Below, in pieces: positions 34,309 to 47,193 of a DNA stretch of 64,000 nucleotides. Made by a program: the position numbers and the translations under genes. The first letter of the stretch is position 1. Every line of letters starts with the position of its first letter. The stretch is from Scyliorhinus canicula (lineage: Eukaryota). The stretch covers positions 616,363-680,362 of the forward strand of contig NW_024055478.1 of the NCBI RefSeq assembly GCF_902713615.1, written 5' to 3'. The notes beneath the pieces were generated by a model that ran no database searches, was not told the origin of the DNA, and saw nothing but the letters and a program-made list of their open reading frames with translations.

Positions 34309-36214
34309 CATGATGTGGAGATGCCGGCGCTGGACTGGGGTGAGCACAGTAAGAAGTCTTACAACACCAAGTTAAATGATTCTGTTTTGTGATTCACCTG
34401 AGGAAGGAGCTGCGCTCCGAAAGCTCGTGTTTGAAGCAAACCTGTTGGACTTTAACCTGGTGTTGTAAGACTTCTTACTGTATCTCTGGCAGCAGCGCAT
34501 CCCTTCCCGATGAACTTAATGCATTCTATGCTCGGTTTGAGCAGGTAACCAACAATCCGCTGTCCAGTGCCCCAGCAGCCCTTAATTCGCCCATACCCAC
34601 CATTACAGTTTCCGAAGTCAGATCGGCCTTCCTGAAAGTGTAGGCAACTGGCCCGGACGGGATCCCTGGTCGTGCACTCAGAGCCTGCACATACCAGTTG
34701 GCAGAGGTATTCACAGACATCTTTAAACTATCCCTACTCCACTCCGAGGTCCCCACCTGCTTCAAGAAGACCACCATCATACCAGTACCAAAGAAGAACC
34801 AGGCAACATGCCTCAATGACTAACCTCCGGCGGCCCTGACGTCAATTGTAATGAAGTGCTTCGAGAGGCTGATCATGAAGCGCATCACCTCCATACTCCT
34901 GGAACGCCTTGACCCACATCAATTCGCATACCGTCGCTACCGGTCCACATCAGACGCCATTTCCCTGGCCCTACACTCATCCCGAGAGCATCTCGAAAAC
35001 AAGGACTCCTACATCAGACTCCTGTTTATTGACTACAGCTCCGCCTTCAACACCATAATCCCAGCCAAGCTCATATCAAAGCTCCAAGACTTAGGACTTG
35101 GCTCTCCACTCTGCAACTGGATCCTTGACTTTCTGACCAACAGACCACAATCAGTAAGAATGAACACCAACACCTCCTCCACAATAGTCCTCAATACCGG
35201 TGCCCCGCAAGGCTGCGTACTTAGCCCCCTACTCTACTCCCTGTACACACACGACTGCGTGGCAAAACTTGGTTCCAACTCCATCTACAAGTTGGCTGAC
35301 GATACGACCAGAGTGGGCCGGATCTTGAATAACGACGAGTCCGAATACAGGAGGGAGATAGAGAACCTAGTGGAGTGGTGTAACGACAATAATCTCTCCC
35401 TCAATGCCAGCAAAACTAAAGAGCTGGTCATCAACTTCAGGAAGCAAAGTACTGTACACACCCCTGTCAGCATCAACGTGGACGAGGTGGAGATGGTTAG
35501 CAGTTTCAAATTCCTAGGGGTGCACATCACCAACAATCTGTCCTGGTCCACTCACGTCGACGCTATCACCAAGAAAGCACAACAGCGTCTATACTTCCTC
35601 AGGAAACTAAGGAAATTCGGCATGTCCACATTAACCCTTACCAACTTTTACAGATGCACTATAGAGAGCATTCTATCGGGCTGCATCACAGCCTGGTATG
35701 GCAACTGCTCGGCCCAGGACCGCAAGGGACTTCAGAGAGTCGTGAATACCGCCCAGTCCATCACACGAACCTGCCTCCCATCCATGGACTCTATCTACAC
35801 CTCCTGCTGCGGGGGAAAGCGGGCAGCATAATCAAGGATCCCTCCCACCCGCCTTACTCACTTTTCCAACTTCTTCCATCGGGCAGGAGATACAGAAGTC
35901 TGAGATCACAGCTTCAAAAACAGCTTGAGAACACAGACTCAAAAACAGCTTCTTTGCCACTGTCACCAGTCTCCTAAATGACTCTCTTATTGACTGACCT
36001 CATTAACACTACACCCTGTATGCTTCAACCGATGCCAATGCTTATGTAGTTACATTGTATATCTTGTGTTGCCCTATTATGTAGTCCCATGTATTTTCTT
36101 GAATTTTGTTTAATTCCCTTTTCTTCCATGTACTGAATGATCTGTTGAGCTGCTTGCAGAAAAATACTTTTCACTGTACCTCGGTACACGTGAGAATAAA
36201 CAAATCCAATCCAA
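34309..36214 (+). mobile_element. Penelope-like end plus the longest Rex1-type LINE copy (RT to 3' tail), disrupted
   Basis: ORF 34851-35831 with RT motifs ([33 protein letters not shown]); AATAAA followed by an (ATCCA)n tail. Confidence 0.88.
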
Positions 36215-36393
36215 TAACACGTCTTGCTCCATTTTTACATAATAATAAATGGCGATGGTCTTTCTGACCGCCCTCTCGCATCCACCTTGAGAGATGAATA
36301 TCACCCCCCCCCCCACCCCCCCCCACACACATACCCCTACCCCTCTCGGTGTCGGTTTGTTTCTGGGACCCACTGCCTTTCTGCTATAATGTG

Positions 36394-36862
36394 ATTGACG
36401 GCACAGACACGTATAGGGATCTCTATATTTTTGTGCTGTTATTTCTTTATATATGTGTCATATTGCGATCACTTCTACATTTGCTGCTACGCAGATTCTC
36501 TCCAATCAGACGGAATGTGAACTGTGCAAACTGCCCGATGCTGACTGTGTATCAGGATCGTCAGTATTGATTGTACTGCTGTGTGGTGTTAGTATCCTCT
36601 TCAACCCTCATTTCAGCGTCCAGATGTTCCACTGGGTCTTGGTGGCTCCAGTCTGATAGAAACGAACAGAAAACAATAATAATTTCAAAATTCAGAATCA
36701 GCCTCATATTGACCAACGTAACGGTCACCTGCACCATACTCATTATTATTTAATTAACAATAATATCTGGTTACTCAGTAAGGGGAGAATAGGGGTTTTG
36801 CAGTGAAGGAAATACTGAGTAGCGAGATCATAACGAGGAGGGTGACGAGGCGGTTCCCCGCG
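36394..36862 (-). pseudogene. Degraded V gene of the minus-strand WSHQ family; RSS remnant 36354-36393
   Basis: Acceptor TCAG|AC-TGG-AGC-CAC-CAA-GAC (DWSHQDPVE...), leader remnant without ATG or donor; CACATTA-24-AAACAAACC. Confidence 0.75.
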
Positions 36863-37177
36863 ATATTTCCTGAATCAATCGCTCTTCAGGGCAGGCAATT
36901 GTCTGTCAGAGCAGCAATCCAGATTCAGGTCCCACTGCATTGCTGATCCAACCAATGACAGGAATCGAGCAGCGGCAGCAATGTCTAGAATATCCCAATG
37001 GTGTTGGGGCGAGAGCACCAAACGGAAGCTGTGACCGGGGCACCCCAGACACAAAGCTGAAAAATGTGTGCGGCGGTTATCAGCTGCAGTCACAAGTGAT
37101 GGGGCGGAAATAGCGACAGTTGAGCACCCAGCAGCCCGTGACCATCCTGCGCCTGCTCAACTCACTGAGAAGAATAT

Positions 37178-37362
37178 AGTTACATAGATAGAACAGTACA
37201 GCACAGAACAGGCCCTTCGGCCCTCGATGTTGTGCGGAGCAATGATCACCCTACTTAAACCCACGTAACCCGTATACCCGTAACCCAACAATCCCCCCAT
37301 TAACCTTACAATCCGGGCAATTTATCATGGCCAATCCACCTAACCCGCACATCTTTGGACTG
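37178..37362 (-). mobile_element. SINE 3' part
   Basis: RC of ...CATCGAGGGCCGAAGGGCCTGTTCTGTGCTGTACTGTTCTAT, the tail seen at ~48650-48700. Confidence 0.6.
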
Positions 37363-37592
37363 TGGTGTCGGAGGGGTGGGGGCAGATTGAACTGACGCTA
37401 CCTGGGCCTATTTGAAATAACTTTTTCTATTGCCCTCTTCACCCTGCATGTAAATCCCGCGGGGTTTTCCGTTCTCAAGTTCTGACAATACCTTTTGAAA
37501 TGTGCTATTGATTCTTCTTCTCTCATCAATTCTTGCGCCAGACTCCAAATGATAACAACTCACAGTGCAATCAACATCTTTGACTTGCATAA

Positions 37593-37664
37593 GGTGCGGT
37601 GGCCAAGAGGAAAGGCGTTGGTCTCGTAAACCAAAAACCGCGGGTTCGAATCCCGCCCGTGCCT
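37593..37664 (+). tRNA. tRNA-Thr(CGT)
   Basis: GGTGCGGTGGCCAAGAGGAAAGGCGTTGGTCTCGTAAACCAAAAACCGCGGGTTCGAATCCCGCCCGTGCCT; arm TTGGT-CTCGTAA-ACCAA. Confidence 0.8.
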
Positions 37665-38310
37665 CGGTGCTGATCCATTCACAATTCTCTATGCCGTTTC
37701 ATTATACCACAAACACTTGCAGCATGAAATATCATTCACATATCTTCTTCATAGGACATTTCACCATCAGCTAATGAAAATAATTCCAGACAATTTGATC
37801 TCTGAAAAAAGCGATGTTCAGAACCAGAATAAAGAAAACTAGTCTGTCGAGCCCTGCTGTTATTCTGAGTTCTAACGTCCGCATGTCCTCCAAAGTCTTG
37901 GCATTCTTTCGACTTCGTCGCATCCATGGTTTGAACCGAGAACTCCAGGGATGATTTGCACAGATTAAGCATCATTTTTTGATTAGAAACACCTATAGTG
38001 ACAAAGATAGTGTATAAACAGCTGAAATTTAGATTTCTGTCTAGGTTTCCCGTCCTGATATGCATTGCAGTCAACACTGAATCCACTCAACAGCCGAATT
38101 CTAACACGGAGTAAACCGAATCCGGCAGCAGAGGGCGCCAAATTCAAGCACGGGCGTCAGAAACTCACCTGATGGTGTCGGCCAAGCCGATAGGATGGGA
38201 GGCGAGTGATGTCACAATAGACCCTCTCCCTGCACTGCACTAAGTTCCCTCTCTCCTGCACAATCCCTGACTCAGTCCAGTCCAGTTCACTGGGTGAGAT
38301 TCAGTCAGAC

Positions 38311-39063
38311 ATGGTTGTGATAATACTGGCGGCGCTTTGGCACAGTAAGTAGTTATAGTGTTAATTAAAACAGATTAGCATATTAATACACATAGGCTAT
38401 GTGTAATTAACGATCGGGAATGTCTATGAAGTGCCTGCATCAGAGGTCCCAAAAAATGCCGCAGATACAAGTAGATTTATATCAACTCTGTTTAAACTCA
38501 GGGCGGCACGGTGGCGCAATGGTTGGCACTGCTGCCTCATTGCACTGAGGACACGAGTTCGATCCCGGTCCCAGACCACTGCCCGTGTGGTGTTTGAGCA
38601 TTCTCACTCCCACAACCTAGATGTCCAGGCTAAGTGGACTAGCCACGCTAAAAAGCACCTCTTAATTGGAAAAAAAACTCTAACTTTATAAAGGAACAAA
38701 AATCTGTTCATTTCATTCCTTCACTTTCGCAGGCCGGCTATATGGAATCCAGTTGCCCAGTCAGCAGTGACAATAACAGTCCCAGAAGGGGGTTCGGTGA
38801 AGTTCAATTGCCAATATAAAGGCCCCAACATGTCCAAAATGCAATGATATCAGGAGAACCCGGCACAGCCACCGAGATGGATTATCACCAACACCTTAGT
38901 AATGAAGAAAGATGTGGGTTCAGGACGATATCTGGCGGTTGCTGACAAATCTAAACAGAACGGTTACCTCAGTATAAGCACATTCGATGTGGAGGACGGG
39001 GTGGTCTATTACTGCTCACTGAGGAACAGCGTTAGAGAAAACCTAAAGCCCCGTACACAACGC
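38311..39063 (+). pseudogene. V pseudogene (family A): leader 38311-38344, exon 38733-39024, RSS 39025-39063
   Basis: TGA at 38845 in the Trp position; 1-nt shift near exon start; AACAGCG-23-ACACAACGC. Confidence 0.85.
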
Positions 39064-41429
39064 TGAGTGAGTGTTTACAGCATCACTGAGGTTCCTTTCC
39101 GAGAAGGAATTGATCCCAGGCTCAGGCAAGCAATCATGTCTATTTACCGGACATTTTTCTGTCCTTGTGTAGATCGACAGAGGGATAGTTTGGGAATTCT
39201 TGAGAGCTTTGGCTGAAAATATCAGCCATGATTGAATGGCGAAGCGCACTCGATGGCCAAGTGCCTATTCTGCTCCGATGTCTAATGGCATTATCATCTT
39301 GTTATTGTCTATTATGCCGCACATTTTATTGTATCTTTAAAACCGGATATCTACCTACCAGCAGAGGGAGGCACTCGAATGAGGAGTTAAGATGGACGAA
39401 AATCATGGCCTGCTCTCGCAGATGAGTCCAAGGACAAAGTCTTCTCGTTACCCGTTCCTGTAACGAAATGCAGAATGGATCAATGTCTGCTGCGGTACTA
39501 AATGTACCAGTTACTTAACGGCGGCACTGTGGCTCAGTGGTTTGCATTGCTGCCTCACAGCTCCAGGAACCCGGGTTCGATTCCCGGCTTGAGTCACTGT
39601 CTGTGTGGAGTCTGCACATTCTCCCAGTGTCTGCGTGGGTTTCCTCAGGGTGTTCCGGTTTCCTCCCACAATTCGCAAAAAGATATGCTGTTAGGTAATT
39701 TGGACATTCTGAATTCTCCCTCAGTGTACCCGAACAGGCGTCGGAATGTGGTGACTAGGGGATTTTCAACGTAACTTCATTGCAGTCTTAATGTAAGCCA
39801 AATTGTGACACTAATGAAGATTATTATTATTATGTACAATGACCGCTGAACAGCATGAGAATTACTGTCAGTCTGGGACATTGGAAGCACATGGTGCCAG
39901 ATTTAGACTTTAATAGAAATCAAGTTGTCGATCGAAAATACCTGAAGTTTCTGTTGACACGACATGTTTTATGTTGGATTCCCACACAGATCAGGGACAG
40001 ACTTCGCCAAATTGAGACGAAGGGGCGCTAAGGGGCAATTCACCATGGTCAATCCAGGTTTCCTACACATCTTTGAACTGTGGGACGAAATCGTTTCTCG
40101 CCTTTTTGCTAAGTTGAGCGTGAGGTCAGGTGTGATGCCTGGATCTGGTATGTCTCTCTTCTGGGTGCCATGAATTGGATTCAATTTGAATTAGTTTTTG
40201 GAGCAGGCATGGAGCTGCATTAGGGGTTTGCCCCTGTCCACACTCTGAGCTCTAGCTTTGTAACTCTGATAAGGTCTTTAAAAAAAATTGAGCAGCCGGA
40301 GGAAACTCTCGCAGCCATGGGGAGAAAGTGCAAACTGCACACTCACGGCCGGAAGTGAACCTGGGTCCCTGGCGCTGTGAGGCAGCAGTGCTAACCACTG
40401 TACCACTCCTGTTCCACCGCACCGTCCCTGCTAGCAGGACAATAGAGGCATGGATTCTAAAAGCAGGGAGATCATGTTCGAGTTGTACAGAACTGCCGTG
40501 AGGCCACAGCTGGAGTATTGTGTGCAATTCTGGGCGCCACATTATAGGAAGGATGTGATTGCACTGGAGGGGTTGCAGAAGAGATTCACCATTATGTTGC
40601 CTGAGATGGAACATTTATGTTATGAAGAGAAGTTGCATAGTCTTGTGTGTACAAGATTACGAGGGACATGGCAGGGTGGATAGGGAGCAACAGTTCCCCT
40701 TAGTTGAAGGGTCAGTTGCGAGGGGACACAAGTTCAAGGTGAGGGGCAGGAGATTATGGGGATTTGAGGAAAATCTTATTTATTCAGAGGATGGTGACTA
40801 TCTGGAGTAAACTACGTGGGAGGGTGGTACAGGCAGTGTGCTTCACATCCATTAAATAGTACCTGGCTGAACACATGGCACGTCTTCACATTCAAGGCTA
40901 TGGAACACGTGCTGACAAATGAGGTCCTGTAGTTAGTCCTATATTTTTCACATGTTGGTGCAGACTCGATTGACCGGAAGGCCTCATCTGAATTGCTTGG
41001 TTCTGTGCATCTGTGATTCTGAGTGCTATAACATTCCTCGCGCTATAATAATTCCGCGAGTGACAAACTTCCAGGATTTCCGCGTACATATTTATGTCCA
41101 GGTATTGGCTGCCCAATTTTACTGGCCTTGTCTGTCACTGGCGTGTCGCTGGCAATCGAAGGAATGCATTTCTCTGCAGCAATAAAGCAAGATGTGATAA
41201 TGTTAGGATAACAAGTACCGTGAGCTGGCCGAGGCATTGGGATCGCCGCACCATTGAAGGATACGGCCTGCTGGTGTGGGGGCTCAGCTCAACGATTGTG
41301 TCTCCCTCAGTAACAAACACTGACTCTGGAAAATGCAGGGTCTTTTCATTGCCATATGAGCATCCGATTTGGGAGCAGGGAGTTGGTCAATCGGCCACTC
41401 GAGTCTACGCCACAATTCAGTGACATCAT

Positions 41430-41995
41430 GACTAAGGCCTCAGCTCCACATTCCGTGTAACCCAGGGGCGCTGGTAGAGGTATAATCAGTAAATTCGCAG
41501 ATTCCGAGAACATTGTTGATGTGGTAAATAGTGAGGAGGAAAACCTTAAAACAGTGGCAAATTGACTCTGAAAATTGCGAGGTGATGCAATTTGGGAGGG
41601 CTAGAAAGGCAACGGAATATATAATGAAAGATAGGCCGCTCGGAATTACAGTAACCAGAGGGACCTGGGGTGCGTATCCATTGACCCCTGAAAGCAGCAG
41701 GACAGGTAAATACGGTAGTTAAGAAAGTCTTATGAAATAGTTGTGTTTATTTTCCGTTGAACATAAGAGCAGGGAGGTTATGATGAAGCTGCAGAAACGC
41801 TGGTTAGGAAACGGCTAGATCACTGTGTGCAGTTCTGGTCGCCGGACTACAGGAAGGATTTGATTGCAGTAGAGCGGGTGCAGTGGAGATTCACCAGGAT
41901 GTTGCCGGGGATGGAGTGTTTCAGCTATGAAGACAGGCTGATTAGCTTAGGGTTGTTTTCCTCAGAGCAGAGAAGACTGAAGGGGGGCCTGATTC
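41430..41995 (+). mobile_element. Degenerate CR1 fragment (paralog ~59040-59600)
   Basis: Remnants of the GTGATGCAATTTGG...CTGTGTGCAGTTCTGGTC...TTCACCAGGATGTTGCC RT 3' region. Confidence 0.55.
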
Positions 41996-42019
41996 AGGTT
42001 TATTAAATCTATCTAATCC

Positions 42020-42182
42020 ACCTATTCTGCATATTTTTGGGTTGTGGAAGGAAACCGGTGCACACGGCGGCAACCATCACAGACACGGGGAGAACGTGCA
42101 AAGGCCATGAACTCGCCCAAGGCGAGGATTGAATCCGGGTCCCTGGCGCTGTGAGGCAGCAGTGCTAGCCACTGTGCCGCCC
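42020..42182 (-). mobile_element. SINE 5' part (paralog ~59624-59780)
   Basis: RC GGCGGCACAGTGGCTAGCACTGCTGCCTCACAGCGCCAGGGACCCGGATTCAATCC. Confidence 0.65.
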
Positions 42183-42574
42183 CAAATAACCAAAGTCTTT
42201 GAGCAGGCTTTTGATTATATGACCTGAATGCTCCTCTGAAACTCCTTTCGACATGTAATGATGTGAAAAGCTCAATATGAATTTAAATTGTTGCATTTGT
42301 TATAGTTCAGTGAGACCTGATAGTTTACTGAGTGAGTGAGTCTGTACACCAAGATATGAACAAGAAGCAGGAGTTTTCGAATCACAGATCGATTCGTCAA
42401 TCTTACATCTGTTATGAATGCAAGTTGCAATCGTAAACTGGTTTAACTGTGCAAGTGGACCTCACCTATTGTTTTTTGTGCGATGTTTTGTTACAATGTT
42501 TGTCATTCACTGTGGAAACTGAACTATCGATGAGGGCGGTATCTGCTGAGCAGCAGCTGGAACTGCCAGCGTGC

Positions 42575-42614
42575 GGTTTTTGTACGGGATCCCCCATATG
42601 TCTGTAGCAGTGTG
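42575..42614 (-). other. RSS with 24-nt spacer
   Basis: CACACTG + 24 nt + ACAAAAACC. Confidence 0.8.
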
Positions 42615-43106
42615 GTCTGCATGGCACAGAAATACACGGCGCTGTCGGAGATCATTGTGTTACTGATCGTTAGCTCTGTAGTCTTTTTCTTTTCATCAAA
42701 CGTAGAAGAAAACCGACCATTGAGGTCGGTTTTCCTTTGCACAGTCTGTCCAATGAGAAGAAACATGTAGCTTGGAGCTTTCCCGGGCTGCTGACTGTAC
42801 CAATACACATAAGGGATAGGAGCATTTGTTTTCAAGTTGCAGGTTATTGTGACATTACTTTCCTCTTTAACCGTTATTTCAGGTTCCTTTTGTTCCACGG
42901 TGTCTTGATGGCTCCATTCTAACAGGAGTAACAGCGATAATGACAATCAGAGTCAGCTTCATATTATGCAAGACGATCATCAGCAAAATAATCACTGCCA
43001 TTTTACCAACAATAAAATCTGTGTTACAGCAGCCAGGAAGAGAATGAAGGAAATACTTACGGAGAAGTGAGAAAACGATGAAGAGCGAAGGGAGATGGTT
43101 CCTCAT
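42615..43106 (-). CDS. Intact TCR V gene (TRAV/TRDV-like): leader 43106-43061, V exon 42918-42615
   Basis: MRNHLPSLFIVFSLL|QWSHQDTVEQKEPEITVKEESNVTITCN...YVYWYSQQPGKAP...RFSSTFD...LTISNTMISDSAVYFCAMQ; GT-AG phase-1 intron; both Cys and Trp present. Confidence 0.88.
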
Positions 43107-44054
43107 GATCCTTCTTGAGTTTGTAACTCTACAATGAGAGAAACCATCTGTCAGAAACGGAAATACAGATCCCCGTCACACTGCATTGCTGATCCGGCCA
43201 ATGAAAGGAATGAACAGGCAGCAGCAATCTCTCCAGTAATACAATTGGATCAGAGTGAGAGCAGCAACCGGAAGCTGTGGGTGGGGATACCGCAGTCTGA
43301 ATATTCAGTGAAGTGTGCGGTGACTCTCAGCTGCACTCCGAACTGATGGAGCGTAAATAGTTCACTAGACCGTAACCATCCTGCACCTGCTCACAGTGCA
43401 AGGTACTGAGAAGAAAATATCGGGAAGGACATGGCGGACTAGAATCTTCGATTCAGGGATGAGGCCACACAATCTCAATTCCTGAGACACTTTGTAATCG
43501 TTATCTTATTCTTCTTTCAAAAATAGCATTTTTTACATAGCCGGGTAATTGCCTTTACATTTACTTCTTAAAGTTATTGTTGAATTTTCTTCCTTTATTT
43601 AGACACCTCTTCTGTGGTGTAGCAAATCGCAGTGTAGATAATGAATTGAATTTTCCTGGGCTTTATTTCTCCTCCATCCTTGTATTATGAAAAAAAATGA
43701 AAATCGCTTATTGTCACGAGTAGGCTTTAATGAAGTTACTGTGAAACACCCCTAGTCGCCACATTCCGCCGCCAGTTCGGGGAGGCTGGTACGGGAATTG
43801 AACCGTGCTGCTGGCCTGCCTTGGTCTGCTTTAAAAGCCAGCGCTTTTAGCTCAGTGTGCTAAACCAGCCCCATTATCCAAGGAGCTGCTCGTGGAAACA
43901 GCTCTGTGTCATCGTCTTTGACAGACCCACTTACATTTCAGTAATTCAGTTCCGTCTCTCCTTTACTTTCTTTGACCAAAGGAGAGATGGCCTTGTGGCG
44001 TCATCAGCAGCTTCCGTGCCTCTGGCTCCTTAGCAGTAGAGCTTTACGGCAAAG

Positions 44055-44880
44055 GAGAGTCCCTTTGACCCATCGTGTTTGCCTCGGCCATCAAGTACCT
44101 ATCTAGTCGAAACCAATTTCTGACACTTGGCCCGGAACCTTGCATGCAATGGCGTTTCAAGTCCTCATCTGAACGCTTCTTTCTTGTTGTGAGTGTTCCC
44201 GCCTCGACCAGCCTTACAGACAGTGTGTTCCAGGATCTTACAACGCTCAAATTCCCACTAAATCTTCTGCCCCTGACCTTACATTTACGCCCCCTTGTTG
44301 TTGACCCCTCTACTAATGGAAATGTATCTTCCTATCTATATTACGCATAATTTTGAACACCTCGATTAGGTCCTCCTCAGTATTCTCTGCGTTAAGGATA
44401 ATATCCCAGCCTATCCAGCCTCACCTCATTGCTGAAACATTCCTGCCCAGAAAACCTCCTGATTAATCTCCTCGGCACCCTCTCTGGTATAATCACATCC
44501 TTTCCGTAAGGTGGCGACCAGATGTGCACAAAATACACCAGCTGAAGACTAACCAGCGTTTTATACAGCTCCATAATTACCTCCCTGCTCTTATATTCCA
44601 TGCCACAGTTAATGAAGGCTAGTATCCCGTATGTCTTCTTCACCACCTTATCTACTTGTCCAGTTGCCTGCGGGGATCTGTGGGCATGAACACTTGCCTC
44701 TGTACTTCTTGGCATCCTGCCATTCATTGTGTATTTTCTTGCAATTTTCGTCCTCCCAAAATGCATTAGGGTTAAATTCCATTTGCCACTGTTCTGCCCA
44801 TCTGCCCGTCCGTCTATACCATCCTGCAATCTAAACCATTCCTCCTCGCTATTTAGCACACCGACGATTTCATGTTGTCT
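44055..44880 (-). mobile_element. Degenerate CR1 fragment (paralog ~61500-62335)
   Basis: ORF 44392-44859 retains MHFGR...YKSREVIMELYKTLV..LVYFVHIWSP CR1-like motifs. Confidence 0.65.
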
Positions 44881-45360
44881 GCGAAGGACGGTTGAGGATA
44901 GCTCAGGAGATTGGAAAGCCAGAACGGTCTGGATTCCTGTTCCAGCGCTGGGGTGGTTGCGACCTGCCTACCAGTAACATTGCAATGGATTGGACCTGCC
45001 TTCCGACAGATAGCGCCAGAGAAAGAAATAATGAGAAGAATCCAGATTTGGATCGTCAGTTCTCATTCCTGACATTAATGTTTTGACATACAAATCAATA
45101 AACCGTAAGTCTATTCAGTAACCCCCATTCTGAACCGATTGAACATAATCCACCAGCAGAGGGCGCAAAGCCCAACATGATAGTTAGAAAGTCACATGAG
45201 ACCAAAGCCATCAGTGATGTCACCGTGGGCCTTTGTCACAGTGGGCCTGGCTCCCTTGCTGTGTCTGGGTGGGACATTGAGCTGAACAGAGCTCGGGTTC
45301 CCTCTCTCCTCTCAATCTCTGAGTCATTCCATACCCATTCACTGAGAGATCCAGGCAGAC

Positions 45361-45813
45361 ATGTTTCTAATAATACTGGCGGGGATCTTGCACATTGAGT
45401 ACTGGATTTTGCTCATCAAGACAGTTTAACAGATTGATGGGAATTTACACAGACTCATACAGTTAGATAGAGGATAATACCTTGATCCCGTTTAACCTCC
45501 TGCTCTTTAGATCCTCTTCTTTCACAGGCGAACTACTTGCAGATCCAGTTTCCGGTGACAGTAGCTGTGTTTGAAGGGATAGATTGCAAATATATAACCC
45601 CGGTAATAAGAAACATCCACTGATATGGACAGAAACGAGCACAGTGTCCAAACTGGATTATTAATGAAGTAGTAAGGCTGTAAAAACTGTAAAAAGATGG
45701 AATCTGAAGACAATATCTGCCTGTTGCTCATTAAATAAGCGGCCTAAGTGTGGTGGTCTTTTCCTGTGCAGTGAAACACAGCATCAGATAAAAACCAAGA
45801 ACCCGCAAAAACC
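45361..45813 (+). pseudogene. V pseudogene (family C): leader 45361-45394 with lost donor, exon 45528-45776, RSS remnant
   Basis: MFLIILAGILH|TTGAGT; DCKYITP...IH*YGQK; multiple stops; CACAGCA-21-GCAAAAACC. Confidence 0.75.
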
Positions 45814-46419
45814 TCCTCTGCGAGTATTTGTGTAGTCTTCTTTAGCGCCTTGATCAGCCAGGTTAATTCCATCCCAGGCCCACGGGGAACAAACATTGGC
45901 AGGTTTGTTAATCAAACATTTGCACTGTTGTTTTTATCCTTGTTCAAATCAACCGATGTGAGAAATCTTGTGACGTAGCTCAATGTCTCAGCCGATACCT
46001 CCTCAGTAAATATCTCGCAGTTATCCCGTCATATTGACCGGCCTACATGGGCAGAGAAAGCTCTTGGATATGGAGTGATTATAACTGAACTGTCTTTCTA
46101 GAGCCTTCAACTCGGACGGATCCTGGGAGACTGTGCGTCATTCATCCCTGTAACAAAACGTGGAATATGTCTCGGTCTGGAATTTGATTTGACACAAGAA
46201 ATAGACAACGACCTCTGAATATTGACTCACCGAACGGTACAATGATTATTATCTTCAAGCACCATGGAACCCGTGCTCTCTGGTTGTGACTTTAAAGAAA
46301 TAAAATGAATTTAAATGGATTCTAGCCCTTCTTTTCTGATATGAAAGAGCAAACCAAAATCATGAACAGGCCTCTCGGATAACTGCGGAATCTGCGGAAA
46401 CTGTCAGAATCACCCGGCA

Positions 46420-46458
46420 GGTTTTTGTACGGCGCTGAATGGTTTTCAGTTCACTGTG
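46420..46458 (-). other. Consensus 23-RSS
   Basis: CACAGTG + 23 nt + ACAAAAACC, perfect heptamer and nonamer. Confidence 0.92.
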
Positions 46459-46965
46459 CCTCAACTGCACAGAGATAGGTGGCGGTGTCTGTCACTCGAA
46501 CGTCACTAACATTCAGAGAGCTGTGTTTGTCTGCTGAAATGATTCGAGATGTAATCCTGTCCTGATCGCTGGTACCGCTCGCCAGGTGCTGCACGGTTCC
46601 ATCCGGGTATTGTCTGTACCATTGTAGGATCTTTCCTGCTACTGTGGTGGAACAGGCCAAGGATGCAACATCTCCCTCGGTAACCACCATTGACTCTGGA
46701 GACTGTGATACCTCGTAACTGCCAGCGGCATCTGAGATGTAAAATAACATGAATAATTTAATATCACACAGACGGCGAGAATATGATATAGCACAATCAA
46801 CTACAACATGACATAACAAGATATACAATAAAGGAAACTGTATGTCCCTATAACATGACATATCTGATGTGTGACATATTCCTGCCAGATATAGTGATCA
46901 CACTCACACGGAGAGAAGAGTAAGCCATTCAGGGAGATAATCACTAAAGTGAATCTCAGCTTCAT
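46459..46965 (-). CDS. Intact TCR V gene (TRAV-like): leader 46965-46908, V exon 46731-46459
   Basis: MKLRFTLVIISLNGLLFSP|YAAGSYEVSQSPESMVVTEGDVASLACSTT...LQWYRQYPDG...SSLNVSDVRVTDTATYLCAVEA; GTGAGT donor, CAG acceptor. Confidence 0.9.
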
Positions 46966-47193
46966 GTTGGATTCTATCGATCTGTGTTAAGTAGCTCTCA
47001 GTAGTTTTCAGGACGAGAGACAATGCTGCAGAGGCAGCGCTGTTGTATATCAAACTGAGTCCAACACCAACTGCACCGTGCCCGCCCGAACCAGATCTCT
47101 GGGGCTTCTGATCACAAAGTGAAGCTGTGAAGGAGCTTCAGCATTGGTGGAGTGTGGGTAGGAGAATGCGCACGCGGCAGACCAGCGTCACTG

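Larger units (their letters stand above)
40960..46150. repeat. Segmental duplication; paralog at ~58560-64000
   Basis: Same order of CR1 remnants, SINE, V(-), CR1(-), V(+) pseudogene and 3' flank; substantially diverged. Confidence 0.8.

Noticed and set aside
46420-46458. GGTTTTTGT...CACTGTG as a J-segment RSS
   Set aside because: The spacer is 23 nt and it is the reverse complement of the RSS of the V at 46459. No FGXG J motif follows, and I found no 12-RSS in the window.
46451-46861. 136-aa ORF with a long N-terminal extension as an intronless V gene (similarly 42524-42946 and 60060-60542)
   Set aside because: The extensions are read-through of the leader intron; proper leader exons with GT-AG phase-1 introns are present upstream.
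42615-46965. Assignment of V genes to IgH, IgNAR or NAR-TCR
   Set aside because: No octamer promoter, closely linked D/J cluster or supporting V-D-D cassette is visible. The decamer promoters and 23-type RSS fit TCR alpha/delta better; the exact subgroup needs a BLAST search or phylogeny.
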